Shown here: piece by piece, positions 16,976 to 26,080 of the stretch
How positions within the stretch are numbered: the first letter of the stretch is position 1
How the letters are laid out: the number at the start of each line of letters is the position of its first letter
Assembly (NCBI GenBank): GCA_964603725.1
Contig: CAZRWW010000001.1
Span: 5,634-69,633 of the forward strand
DNA: 64,000 nucleotides
Origin: an uncultured bacterium
GTDB lineage: Bacteria; Eisenbacteria; RBG-16-71-46; CAIMUX01; WJJG01
Reading direction: 5' to 3'
Position numbers and translations under genes: made by a program
The notes under the pieces: generated by a model
The model's input: only the letters and a program-made list of their open reading frames with translations
Told to the model about the DNA's origin: nothing
Database searches by the model: none

Positions 16976-17738
16976 TCAGCTCAGCTATGCCTACCCCGGC
17001 GGCGCGTTCGCCTTGGAGGAAGTCTCGTTCTGTGTCGAGCGGGGCGAGCGCATCGTGCTGCTCGGCACGAACGGCTGCGGCAAGAGCACGCTGCTGAAGA
17101 TCCTCAACGGGCTGATCTTCGGCGGCTCGGGGCGCTACCGGCTGGATGATCGCGAGATCACGCCGTCAGCCCTGCGGGACAAGGAGTTCCACCGCCGCTT
17201 TCGCCGGCGGGTGGTGCTGCTGTTTCAGAATCCCGATGCAATGTTGTTCAACCCCACCGTCTTCGACGAGATCGCTTTCGGCCTGCGCCAGCTCAGTGCG
17301 GATGACCCCGCGCCGCGGGTGCACCGCTGGGCGAGCGAGTTCGGCTTGACCGCGGCGCTCCCGCGGCCTCCGTTTCAACTCAGCGGCGGCGAGAAGCAGA
17401 AGCTGTGCCTGGCCGCCCTGCTGGCGCTCGAGCCCGAGGTGCTCCTGCTCGATGAGCCCACGGCCAACCTCGATCCGCGCACGACCGGATGGCTGATCGA
17501 CCTGCTGCAGGGCCTCGCGCTGACCACGATCGTGACCACGCACAATCTGAGCCTGGCTCGCGAGCTGGGCGAGCGGACCCTGGTGCTGTCGGAGGACCAC
17601 CGGCTCATCTACGACGGCCCGCTCGAGCCGCTGCTGCAGGACGACGAGAAGCTCCTCGCGGCCAACCTCGTGCATGCTCACCGCCACGCCCACGGCGCGG
17701 TCGAGCACCGCCACTATCACCTCCACGATTGGGATTGA
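16962..17738 (+). CDS. cbiO: ECF transporter ATPase CbiO/NikO with a His-rich C-terminal tail
   Basis: Walker A GTNGCGKST, LSGGEKQK signature, Walker B LLLDEPT, and the tail HAHRHAHGAVEHRHYHLHDWD. Confidence 0.85.
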   Translation: MIRVDQLSYAYPGGAFALEEVSFCVERGERIVLLGTNGCGKSTLLKILNGLIFGGSGRYRLDDREITPSALRDKEFHRRFRRRVVLLFQNPDAMLFNPTVFDEIAFGLRQLSADDPAPRVHRWASEFGLTAALPRPPFQLSGGEKQKLCLAALLALEPEVLLLDEPTANLDPRTTGWLIDLLQGLALTTIVTTHNLSLARELGERTLVLSEDHRLIYDGPLEPLLQDDEKLLAANLVHAHRHAHGAVEHRHYHLHDWD

Positions 17739-17807
17739 GGCCGGGATGCCCCGCCGCCGCAGGCCCGGCTCGGGCATGGATCCGCGCACGGAAAGGAGCC
17801 GCTCATC

Positions 17808-18239
17808 ATGACCAGAGCCAAGGCTGCCGGCGACGTCGTCCGCTTCACGGTCTCTCTGCCGGGCGAACTGCTGAACGAGCTCGACCGGCGGATCATCCAG
17901 CGCGGCTACCACTCGCGCTCGGAGCTGGTGCGCGATCTGATCCGCGAGAAGATGGTCGCGGACCAGTGGTCGGCGGACAATGCCGACGTCGTGGGCGTGC
18001 TGTCGATCAGCTACGATCACCACGAGCGCCAGCTCTTGCAGCGGCTGACCGATGTCCAGCACGACAGCCGCGTCAACGTGCTCTGCACAACCCACGTGCA
18101 CATCGAACATGACCTGTGCCTGGAGGCGATCGTGCTCCGCGGCCGTCCGGCGGAGATCGAGCGGCTGTGCATCCAGATCGGAGGTCTGCGGGGGGTGCGC
18201 ACCGCGGGCCTGACGCGCACCGCGCGGGTGGCGCTGTAG
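17808..18239 (+). CDS. nikR: Nickel-responsive regulator NikR (ribbon-helix-helix plus ACT-like Ni-binding domain)
   Basis: N-terminal RHH (VRFTVSLPGELLNELD). The C-domain aligns to E. coli NikR metal ligands (QH..., HVHIEHDLCLE, matching H76/H87/H89/C95). AAAGGAG RBS. Confidence 0.8.
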   Translation: MTRAKAAGDVVRFTVSLPGELLNELDRRIIQRGYHSRSELVRDLIREKMVADQWSADNADVVGVLSISYDHHERQLLQRLTDVQHDSRVNVLCTTHVHIEHDLCLEAIVLRGRPAEIERLCIQIGGLRGVRTAGLTRTARVAL

Positions 18240-18256
18240 AGGCGCGCGGCCCTGCA

Positions 18257-18291
18257 GACGCCCGTGGCGCCCCTCAGGGCCGCCGGGCGTC
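18257..18291. terminator. GC-rich hairpin between the convergent nikR and anti-sigma genes (GACGCCCG ... CGGGCGTC); possible bidirectional terminator
   Basis: An 8-bp perfect stem with no U-tract. Confidence 0.25.
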
Positions 18292-19251
18292 CAGCGCTTG
18301 CAGCAACTCGGCCGCCCGCTGGCTGTAGGCCGGGCTGTTGGCCAGGAGGCGCAGGTGCCCGGCTGCCGCGTCCCCATCGTCATCCAGCAGGCACGCCTGC
18401 GCCAGATACCAGCGCGCGTGATCCCCGACCGCCCCCAGACGCGCTCCGGAGGCCCGCTGCAAGTGGACCCGGGCCGAGTCGCCGCGGTCAGCCATGAGAA
18501 AGGCGATTCCGGCGTAAAGCGCCGCCTGGTCGGCGCGCTGGAGAAGTCGCGCCGGGGGATAGGCGTTCGTGGATGGATCGAGCCGCTCGTGATCGAGCCG
18601 CCGGACCACGCCGGCGAGCTGGGCCGCCGCGCCGGCGTAATCGCCGGCCAGGTAGAGGTCCATGCCTGCGTCGAAGTCGGCCACCCGAGGATCCCCGGGC
18701 GCGCGGGTCCCCATGCGCGTGAAGGGCAGCGCTTCACGCTGGGCGAGCGCCGCCCAGCGCCCGGCGCGGCGGACCGCTCCCGGGCCTTCTACGGCCGGAG
18801 CGTCCGGAGCGCCGGGCCCCCCGACGGGCCCGCGCTCCCCGAGTAACGCGACGATCAGGACCGCCGCCGCAACGGCCGGGACCAGCGCAGCCCAACCCCA
18901 GCGCCCCGCCGCTGGGCTCGCCGGTCGGGGCCACAGCCACTGCGGCGCGGCTGGCCACCGCCGAGGCGCGCGGGCCGCATCGCCGGGGCGCCCCGCATCG
19001 CCGGCCCGCCCCGCGACGCCGGCGCCGTCCGGCAGCGAGCCCAGGCCCGCCAGGTGCGCGGCCACCTGGCCGGGGCGCTCTCTGAGGTGGATCACATGGG
19101 GCGCCAGCTCGTAGAGCCCTTCGCGGCACGCTTCGCACGACGCGGTGTGCCGCTCGAATGTGGCGCGCTCCCCCGGATCCAGCAGCCCGGCATCGTAGGC
19201 CGCCAGCAGCCTGCCCACGTCAGGGTCTGTACAAGTCGTGCGCGGTCTCAT
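18274..19251 (-). CDS. Anti-sigma factor (zf-HC2 N-terminus, one TM, periplasmic TPR-like C-domain)
   Basis: HTASCEACREG zinc-finger motif, a TM helix ALVPAVAAAVLIVALL, and position immediately downstream of an ECF sigma gene (4-nt gap). Confidence 0.6.
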   Translation of the reverse strand: MRPRTTCTDPDVGRLLAAYDAGLLDPGERATFERHTASCEACREGLYELAPHVIHLRERPGQVAAHLAGLGSLPDGAGVAGRAGDAGRPGDAARAPRRWPAAPQWLWPRPASPAAGRWGWAALVPAVAAAVLIVALLGERGPVGGPGAPDAPAVEGPGAVRRAGRWAALAQREALPFTRMGTRAPGDPRVADFDAGMDLYLAGDYAGAAAQLAGVVRRLDHERLDPSTNAYPPARLLQRADQAALYAGIAFLMADRGDSARVHLQRASGARLGAVGDHARWYLAQACLLDDDGDAAAGHLRLLANSPAYSQRAAELLQALDARRP

Positions 19252-19255
19252 GTCT

Positions 19256-19918
19256 TCACCCGTGCTGACCTCGATCACCGATCGCCCGTTCGCCCGCCAG
19301 GGCGCCCATGTCGTTGAGGATCGCGCGCAGGCTGGCCCGGCAGCGGTGCAGCGCGACATAGAGCGCCCCGCGCGTCATCTCCCCGAAGTCCCCGCGCATG
19401 CGCTCCATGGCTCGGCGCGAGACCTTGCCCGGAGCGCCGCCTTCGTCCAGGCTCTCCAGTATCCTTCGGAAGAGCATCGCGCAACGGGGCTCCTGGCGCG
19501 CCAAGAGGGTGATCGCTTCCAGCACCTCGCGCCATGTCTCGCTCTCCACGCCCGGTCCCGGCTGAGCGGGCGTCCCCCATTCCCCCGCGTTCCGGGGGAA
19601 CCGGCGCTCGTCAAAGGGCTCTTCCAGCGCCTGCTTTTCCTTGCGCTGATAGTAGTTGCCGATGACGTTGCGCAGGATCACCATGCCCCAGGTGAGAACC
19701 TGCCCGTTTCGCTCGCGCCGCGCGTATTTGGCGTGCACGATCCGAAGGGCTTCTTGAACCACGTCCTGGGCATCGTCGTCCCGCACCCTTCGTTTGGCGA
19801 TCGGGACGAACCTTACGCGGATGGCCTCGCACAGCGCCGCTTCGGCCGCGGCGTCCCCCGCCGCGCCCCGGTCGGCTAGCTCATCGAGGGACAATCCCTG
19901 GAGCGATGACTTCGCCAT
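19256..19918 (-). CDS. ECF (sigma-70 family) RNA polymerase sigma factor
   Basis: Region 2 (DAQDVVQEALRIVHAKYA ... LTWGMVILRNVIGNYYQRK) and region 4 (LSRRAMERMRGDFGEMTRG). Start MAKSS at 19918. Confidence 0.8.
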   Translation of the reverse strand: MAKSSLQGLSLDELADRGAAGDAAAEAALCEAIRVRFVPIAKRRVRDDDAQDVVQEALRIVHAKYARRERNGQVLTWGMVILRNVIGNYYQRKEKQALEEPFDERRFPRNAGEWGTPAQPGPGVESETWREVLEAITLLARQEPRCAMLFRRILESLDEGGAPGKVSRRAMERMRGDFGEMTRGALYVALHRCRASLRAILNDMGALAGERAIGDRGQHG

Positions 19919-20061
19919 GGTCGCCCTCTTGGCGGCACAGCCCGCCGCGTTCTCGGCGGCCGCTCCGTGGCCAGAGCCCCCGCGCCGGGCTGACTTGCCG
20001 CCGCGCTGCGGACCCGCCATACTGCGCCGTGGACGCCACAGCGCGGCACGGGAGGTGCGGG

Positions 20062-23000
20062 ATGTATCGGCTCCCAAGGCCCGCCTGGGCCACAGCCCTG
20101 GCCCACTCGCTACGGGGTGTCCGTTTCCGCGCTCCCCGGGCCATTCTCGGCGCACCCTTGCTCGGGATGCAAGGGCGGCTCCTCGGCGCGCAAGGACCGC
20201 GCGCGGCCCTCCCGGTCTGTCTTCTGCTGCTGGCGGCGCGGGGGGGCGCGCCGGCCGGCGCCGCCCCCCCCACCGGAATGGACGCCTGGCGTGCGCTCCT
20301 GCGCCACCAGGCCTCCGAGGCGGCCCAGCTGGCCCGCGCCGCGCTGGAGGAACACCTCGAACCGCTGGGGCCGCACGGAGCGGCGGACCAGCCGCGGGTC
20401 GGCGAAGCGCCCGGCGCAGCGGGGCCGTCCGCGCCTCCCGATGCCATCGCGGCCCACGTTCTGGCCCGCGCCGCGAGCATGACGGGTGCCGCCTCCGCGA
20501 CCGACAGCCTCTTGCGGGCCCTTGCGCAGACCCGGTCGGGCAAGGGAGCGGCGCTGGTCGGATTGGCGCAACTGGCCCTCAGCGCGGGCGAGCCCGACAG
20601 CGCCGCCGGCCTGCTGGCCGCCGCGCGCGTCGAGATGGCCGCGTCCGCAGACCGCGCGGGCGAGATCTTCGCGCTGGGAATGCTCGCCTGGCTGCACATG
20701 AGCCAGGGGAGCATCGAGCGCGCCATCCCGCTCCTCGAAGAGGCCCTGGCCGGGGCGCGCGATGTTCCGCAGCGGGAGCTGGAGGCGTGGATCGAGCTGC
20801 GGCTCGGGCTGGCGCTCTTCTCCACCCGCCGTTACAACGAGGCCACGCCGCATTACGAGATCGCCGTCGCGATGGCGCGCGAGCTCGACATCCCGGAGTG
20901 GGAGGCGGAGGGCCACATCAACCTCTCGATCGTGGCGCGCTGGCGGATGGATCTCGACGCGGCGATGACGCACCGCCGCGCGGCGCTGGAGCGCTATCGC
21001 GCATCGGGCAACGAAGCCGGTCAGGCGCGCGCGCTCCACTACATCGCCGCCGTTCACCTGATGCGCGGCGAGCTGACCGAAGCGAAGCGGATGTTGCGTG
21101 AGGCGATCGCGGCAGCCGAGCTCGCCGGCGAGATCCGCGAGGCCGCCACGAGTCAGGGAGATCTCGCCTCGCTGAACTACATGCTGGGCGACTACGAGGT
21201 GGCGCTGCAGCAGTACCAAGAGGCCCTGAACGCCAACCGGACCGATGCGCGCACCGAGTGGAGCGACCGCCAGTACGACGCGTGGGCCGCCGGGATGCTG
21301 AACAACGTCGCGCTCGTGCTCATGGAGCTCGGCCGGATGCGCGAGGCGGGCAGCTATCTCGAGGCAGCCCTGGCCGCGGTCCGGCGGACCGGCAGCCGTC
21401 GCGACGAGGCCGAGATCCTGGGCAATCTCGGCCTCTGCCTGTGCCTGTCGGGCGAAGAGCAGAAGGGGCGCGCGCAGCTCGAGGCCGCGATCGACTCGGC
21501 CCGCGCCTGGAGCGCGTCGCTCACGGAAGCGACGGCGCTGGCGGACCTGGGGGCCTGTCTGCTGCGGAGCGGCCGGCTGGCGGCGGCGGACTCGGCCTAC
21601 GCCGCGGCGGAAGAGCTGGCCGAACGGACCGGCTACTTCCGCCTCCAGGCCGACGTGCTCGCGGGCCGCGCGCGGGTGCTCGAGGAGCGCCGCCAGCTCG
21701 CGCAGGCGCTCGAGCTGCTCGAGCGCGCCATGTCGCTGGCCGAGGGCGTGCGCGACCGCTCGCGCGGCGCCGAGCAGATCCAGGCCCGGGCGCACGCGCG
21801 CTGCGAGGCGACCTACGCCGACGCGACCGATCTCGTCCATGCAATGGGCCGCCGGGATCCGTCTGCGGCGGAGCGGGCGTTCGAGTTCATCCAACGGGCC
21901 AAGGCGCGCTCGCTGCTGGATCTGCTGACCGAGGCCGAGATAGGGCTGCGCAGTCGGGCGGATCCGCGCTACATCGAGCGCGAGCAGGCAATTCTGGACA
22001 GCATCGCGGGCTTGCTCGCCGCGAGCGCGTCGCCCCAGACGCCCGCAACAGCAAGGGACGCAACGGCGGCGCAGGAAACGTCGCCGGCCGGGGGTGTCGA
22101 CGCGGCCATCACGCGGCTCGAGGACGAGCTGGCGGCGCTGGAAAGCGAGTTGCGCGACGCCGACCCGCGCTACGCCGCGGTCCAGTATCCGCGCCCCGAG
22201 ACCCTCGCGCATCTCCAGACCGCGGTGCTCGCGCCGGGTGAGCTGCTCCTCGAATACCTGCTGGGAGAGGACGCATCCTACGTCTGCGCGGTGACGCGCG
22301 AGTCGTATCGCCTGGCCCGGCTGCCCGCGCGCGCGCAGATCGAAGCGGAAGTGGACGCGCTCCTGCCCTTGCTGCAGGACTACAACCTCAGCGGGGGAAC
22401 GGCGGGCTACCTGGCCCCGCCCCTGGCGGCGCTGTCGGAATCGCTACTGGGACCCGTCCGAGCGGAGTGTCGCCGCGCCCGACGCCTGATCGTCGCCCCG
22501 CACGGCGCCGCGCATTACGTGCCTTTCGAGGCGCTCCTGCTGCCGGAGCCGACCTCGGCCGGCACGCCGCTCGTCGATGCCGGTGGCGGGGCGGGCGGCT
22601 TTGGCTCGCTGCCGTATCTCATCCGCGCCGCAGACGTCGCCTACGTCCACGCCGCCGGCGCCCTCGCCCACGGCCGTCCCGCCGGAGACAGGCGGCCGCC
22701 CGGCCCGCCGGCGCGCCTGCTGATCGTGGGCAATCCGCCGGCCGCTCGCGAGGGCGACGGCCCGCGGGCCTTCTTCGGCATGGATGCGCCGCGCGCCTCC
22801 GGCGACGCCGCGGCTCTGCCGGGTGCCGAAGCGGAGCTCAACATGATCCGGCAGATCTTCGGGCAAGCGGAGATCGTGATGCTCTCCGGGCCTGACGCCA
22901 CCGAAGAGGCCGTGCGAGAGGCCGCCGCGCGGGGGCCTTACAGCCTCGTTCACGTGGCCGCGCACGGCGTGTACAACGAGCGCCGCCCCCGCTACTCAGG

Positions 23001-23430
23001 TCTGGTTCTGGCGCCGCCGGCCGCAGGCGAGGGGGCCGACGGATTCTTGACCATCGGAGAGGTCTTCGGCATCGAGCTGCCGTGCGAGCAGGTCGTCCTG
23101 TCGGCCTGCTCTTCCGCGCTGGGCGAGCACATCACCGGCGAGGGGCTGTACGGCCTCACGCGCGCGTTCGAATACGCCGGCGCCGGGTGCGTGATCGCCG
23201 CGCTGTGGGATGTGCCCGACGAGGTCACCGCGGCCTTCATGCGGGTGTTCTACGAGGAGCTCGCGCGGGAAGACTCCGGCGGCGGTGCGCGGGCCCTGGC
23301 CGCGGCCAAGCGGCGCTGGCTGCTCGCCCCGACCGGCGCCCCGCCGGCGGGAGCGGGCCCCGCGGCGGGTCTCGACCTGGGCCACCCGTGCTTCTGGGCC
23401 GCGTTCGTTGCCTTCGGGGAGACGCGTTGA
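20062..23430 (+). CDS. Large secreted TPR-repeat protein with C-terminal CHAT (caspase-like) peptidase domain
   Basis: At least 10 TPR-like repeats. The C-terminal CHAT domain carries His/Cys dyad candidates (VHVAAHGVY ... LSACSSALGEH). An N-terminal hydrophobic signal follows MQGRLL (alternative start 20167). Confidence 0.75.
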   Translation: MYRLPRPAWATALAHSLRGVRFRAPRAILGAPLLGMQGRLLGAQGPRAALPVCLLLLAARGGAPAGAAPPTGMDAWRALLRHQASEAAQLARAALEEHLEPLGPHGAADQPRVGEAPGAAGPSAPPDAIAAHVLARAASMTGAASATDSLLRALAQTRSGKGAALVGLAQLALSAGEPDSAAGLLAAARVEMAASADRAGEIFALGMLAWLHMSQGSIERAIPLLEEALAGARDVPQRELEAWIELRLGLALFSTRRYNEATPHYEIAVAMARELDIPEWEAEGHINLSIVARWRMDLDAAMTHRRAALERYRASGNEAGQARALHYIAAVHLMRGELTEAKRMLREAIAAAELAGEIREAATSQGDLASLNYMLGDYEVALQQYQEALNANRTDARTEWSDRQYDAWAAGMLNNVALVLMELGRMREAGSYLEAALAAVRRTGSRRDEAEILGNLGLCLCLSGEEQKGRAQLEAAIDSARAWSASLTEATALADLGACLLRSGRLAAADSAYAAAEELAERTGYFRLQADVLAGRARVLEERRQLAQALELLERAMSLAEGVRDRSRGAEQIQARAHARCEATYADATDLVHAMGRRDPSAAERAFEFIQRAKARSLLDLLTEAEIGLRSRADPRYIEREQAILDSIAGLLAASASPQTPATARDATAAQETSPAGGVDAAITRLEDELAALESELRDADPRYAAVQYPRPETLAHLQTAVLAPGELLLEYLLGEDASYVCAVTRESYRLARLPARAQIEAEVDALLPLLQDYNLSGGTAGYLAPPLAALSESLLGPVRAECRRARRLIVAPHGAAHYVPFEALLLPEPTSAGTPLVDAGGGAGGFGSLPYLIRAADVAYVHAAGALAHGRPAGDRRPPGPPARLLIVGNPPAAREGDGPRAFFGMDAPRASGDAAALPGAEAELNMIRQIFGQAEIVMLSGPDATEEAVREAAARGPYSLVHVAAHGVYNERRPRYSGLVLAPPAAGEGADGFLTIGEVFGIELPCEQVVLSACSSALGEHITGEGLYGLTRAFEYAGAGCVIAALWDVPDEVTAAFMRVFYEELAREDSGGGARALAAAKRRWLLAPTGAPPAGAGPAAGLDLGHPCFWAAFVAFGETR

Positions 23431-23605
23431 GGCGGATCGGGGCGGATTGTCCCCCGCGGCGGCCCTTCTCTTCGCCGCCGCAATGGCGTAGGATGGCGGC
23501 CGCATCATCGTGCTCAGCGCTCCATGCGATCTCTTGTGAGGCCCAGGCTTGATGACCGGGCCGCATCCCCGCTCTGGGGGCCGACCCGGTGGAAGGGAGG
23601 CCAAG

Positions 23606-24655
23606 ATGCGCAACCTGCACTTCTCGCCACTGATCACCGCCGTTGTCCTCGCGGGCGTTGCCCTGGGGACTACCACGGCCACCGCGGAGCTGGGGGATAT
23701 CCTCCACGCGATCCCGACCCCCGGCGCCAACCCGGCCGATCTCGCGTGGGTCGAGGGCGAGCTCTACTCGGTGATCTTCGCACCCACGGAGCAGAGGGGC
23801 ATCTACCGGCTCGATCCACAGACCGGTAACGTGCTGGGGATGGTGCCCTACGCGGGCTCCTCGCCGCAGGGGCTCACCTACGACGGGCACAACCTCTGGC
23901 AGGTCTGCCTGTCGACCGACAGCTACTTCAAGATGCACCCCGTGACCGGCCAGATCTATGCCACGTTCCCCGCGCCCGGCGGGTCCGACGGACAGCCCAT
24001 CGGGCTTGGTTGGGACGGCGAGTATCTCTGGCTGGCCGATTCGCGCTCGCCCGAGAAGATCTGGCAGATCGACACGCTCGGCGTGGTGCAGGGCCAGATC
24101 CCGGCCCCGGGAGCCTCGCCCTATGGGCTCGCGTGGGCCGAGGGCTTCATCTGGGTGTCGGACAACAGCGTCGGAGGGCTCGGCTACATCTACAAGCTCG
24201 ACCCGGCCACCGGCGCGATCCTCGCCTCCTTCCCTTGCCCCGGTGGCGGAGGCTCGCCGAATGGAATCACCCATGATGGCGAGTACCTGTGGATCGCGGT
24301 CAACACGAACGACACGATCTACCAGGTGGACGACGGCATCACCGGCGGCGCCGGGGTTGAGTCAGCCCCGTTCTCCGCGGCCGCCCTGCGGCTGATCTCG
24401 GCGCGCGCGGAGGCGGGCGGGCGCGGCGTGGACGTGCGCCTCGTGATGGCCCGGACCGGGCTCATCCGGGCTCAGCTCTTCGATGTGGCCGGCCGGATGC
24501 GCGCGCACGCGGAGGCGCAGGTCGACGCGCGGGCCGATGCGCCGTCCGCCTGCGAGCTGCGCGTGGGCGCGACGTCGCTCGCATCGGGCGCCTACTACGT
24601 TCTCGTGACAGGCGCGGGCGAGCGCGCGACGGGCACGGTGATCGTCGTGCGTTGA
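23606..24655 (+). CDS. Secreted beta-propeller protein with T9SS C-terminal sorting domain
   Basis: Signal peptide MRNLHFSPLITAVVLAGVALG, repeated Y/W-G blades, and a C-terminal tail (... YYVLVTGAGERATGTVIVVR). GAAGGGAGG RBS. Confidence 0.6.
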   Translation: MRNLHFSPLITAVVLAGVALGTTTATAELGDILHAIPTPGANPADLAWVEGELYSVIFAPTEQRGIYRLDPQTGNVLGMVPYAGSSPQGLTYDGHNLWQVCLSTDSYFKMHPVTGQIYATFPAPGGSDGQPIGLGWDGEYLWLADSRSPEKIWQIDTLGVVQGQIPAPGASPYGLAWAEGFIWVSDNSVGGLGYIYKLDPATGAILASFPCPGGGGSPNGITHDGEYLWIAVNTNDTIYQVDDGITGGAGVESAPFSAAALRLISARAEAGGRGVDVRLVMARTGLIRAQLFDVAGRMRAHAEAQVDARADAPSACELRVGATSLASGAYYVLVTGAGERATGTVIVVR

Positions 24656-24833
24656 TCGCCGGCCGGCCACGAACACGATGGCCGAGAGGCCGCCAGCGGG
24701 CGCGCTCCCCGGGACGCTCCCCGCGAATCCCGCCGGGCCCTTGTCGCGGAGGCACTTTCCCCGAGACAGGACCGATGGAGTTGCCTTATCCTGAACACGC
24801 CCCCCGACCAACTCTCAACCGCGGAGACCGACC

Positions 24834-25814
24834 ATGGACGAGCAAGCGTTCCGGGAGTTGCTGGCCAAGCGCAAGTACAGCGATGAGCAGGTTGCAGCGG
24901 CGCTGGCGACTGTGACCGAGTTCGAGACGTGGCTGGCCGCGCGACGGCACGATCTGTCGTCGGCGCCGATCGACGACCTGAAGCAGTACCTGGCCGAGCT
25001 CGTGCGCGACGGCCGCAACACGCGCGAACGCCTGCTGGATCTCGCCCGCTACTGCTGGGTCGTGAAACGCAACGACTTCTACATCTACTTCACCGCCGTG
25101 TTCGGCGGCCTGGGCGTGTACGACTCGATGGCCGCGCGGCTCGAGAGCATCGCGGGCAAGGGGGTACGCGAGGAGGTCTTCGCGGGCATCGCCATGCCGC
25201 CGCTGGGCTCGCCGCCCGAGGCTTACCCGCCGATCACGCGCCTCCTGATGGAACGGCTCGAGCGCCACCTGCCCTCTGAGCAAGCCCACCGGGTGCTCGC
25301 GGGGAATCATCACGGCATCCCGGCCGAGTCCTTCCTCAAGCACAAGGAGTGGTTCAGGGAGCTGCAGAGCATCGACGCCTTCCTGAAGAAGGTGCACGCG
25401 GAAGCGGTCGCGGAGCTGGAGAACTACTTGCGGGAGGGCCGGATCTGGTACGAGCAGGAGATGACCCCGGAGGTCGTCGAGTACGTGCGCGCCAATCAGG
25501 AGATCCTCTCGGCCGTCCGGGACGGTGACCGGCTGTACCTCACGAAGATCCCTTACGCGGGCAAGGAGTTCCTGCAGGCGCAGGACCCCGTGATGAAGCG
25601 TTACTACGCTTGCCATTGCCCCCTGGCCCGCGAGGCCATTCTCATGCAGGACGTGGATGTGCCGCCCGACTGGTGCTATTGCAGCGGCGGATTCCAGAAG
25701 GTGATGTTCGACGTGGTGTTCGAGACCGACACGGAGGTCGAGCTGCTGGAATCGGCCCTGGCGGGCGACATGCGCTGCCGGTTCGCGGTCAAGATCTCGC
25801 CCCAGGCCCGTTAG
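24834..25814 (+). CDS. Hypothetical cytoplasmic protein with a Cys/His cluster (YYACHCP ... DWCYCSGG)
   Basis: 326 aa with balanced composition (K/E/Y/F/W-rich). The antisense ORF is Arg/Gly-rich. No recognisable family. Confidence 0.5.
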   Translation: MDEQAFRELLAKRKYSDEQVAAALATVTEFETWLAARRHDLSSAPIDDLKQYLAELVRDGRNTRERLLDLARYCWVVKRNDFYIYFTAVFGGLGVYDSMAARLESIAGKGVREEVFAGIAMPPLGSPPEAYPPITRLLMERLERHLPSEQAHRVLAGNHHGIPAESFLKHKEWFRELQSIDAFLKKVHAEAVAELENYLREGRIWYEQEMTPEVVEYVRANQEILSAVRDGDRLYLTKIPYAGKEFLQAQDPVMKRYYACHCPLAREAILMQDVDVPPDWCYCSGGFQKVMFDVVFETDTEVELLESALAGDMRCRFAVKISPQAR

Positions 25815-26080
25815 GCCTTGCCAGGCCATTCGCCTCACGGCGACCCACGCGGCCCGCCCCTCACCGCCGCGCACCTTGTGTGCGGCGGTGGGGCGCCCGG
25901 GGGATGCCTTGACCCCGCCCCCGACTCCCCCGGATAATCGCGGTCTAAGAATTCGGATTGGTCGCGGAGGACGCGACAGCCCGGGGGGCGCGACCCGCCC
26001 GAGCCCGCCGACGACGCAGCGGGCCCGGGGGCGCGACCCGCCCGAGCCCGGAAGACCGCGGACGCCCGCACGGAGGCGCT

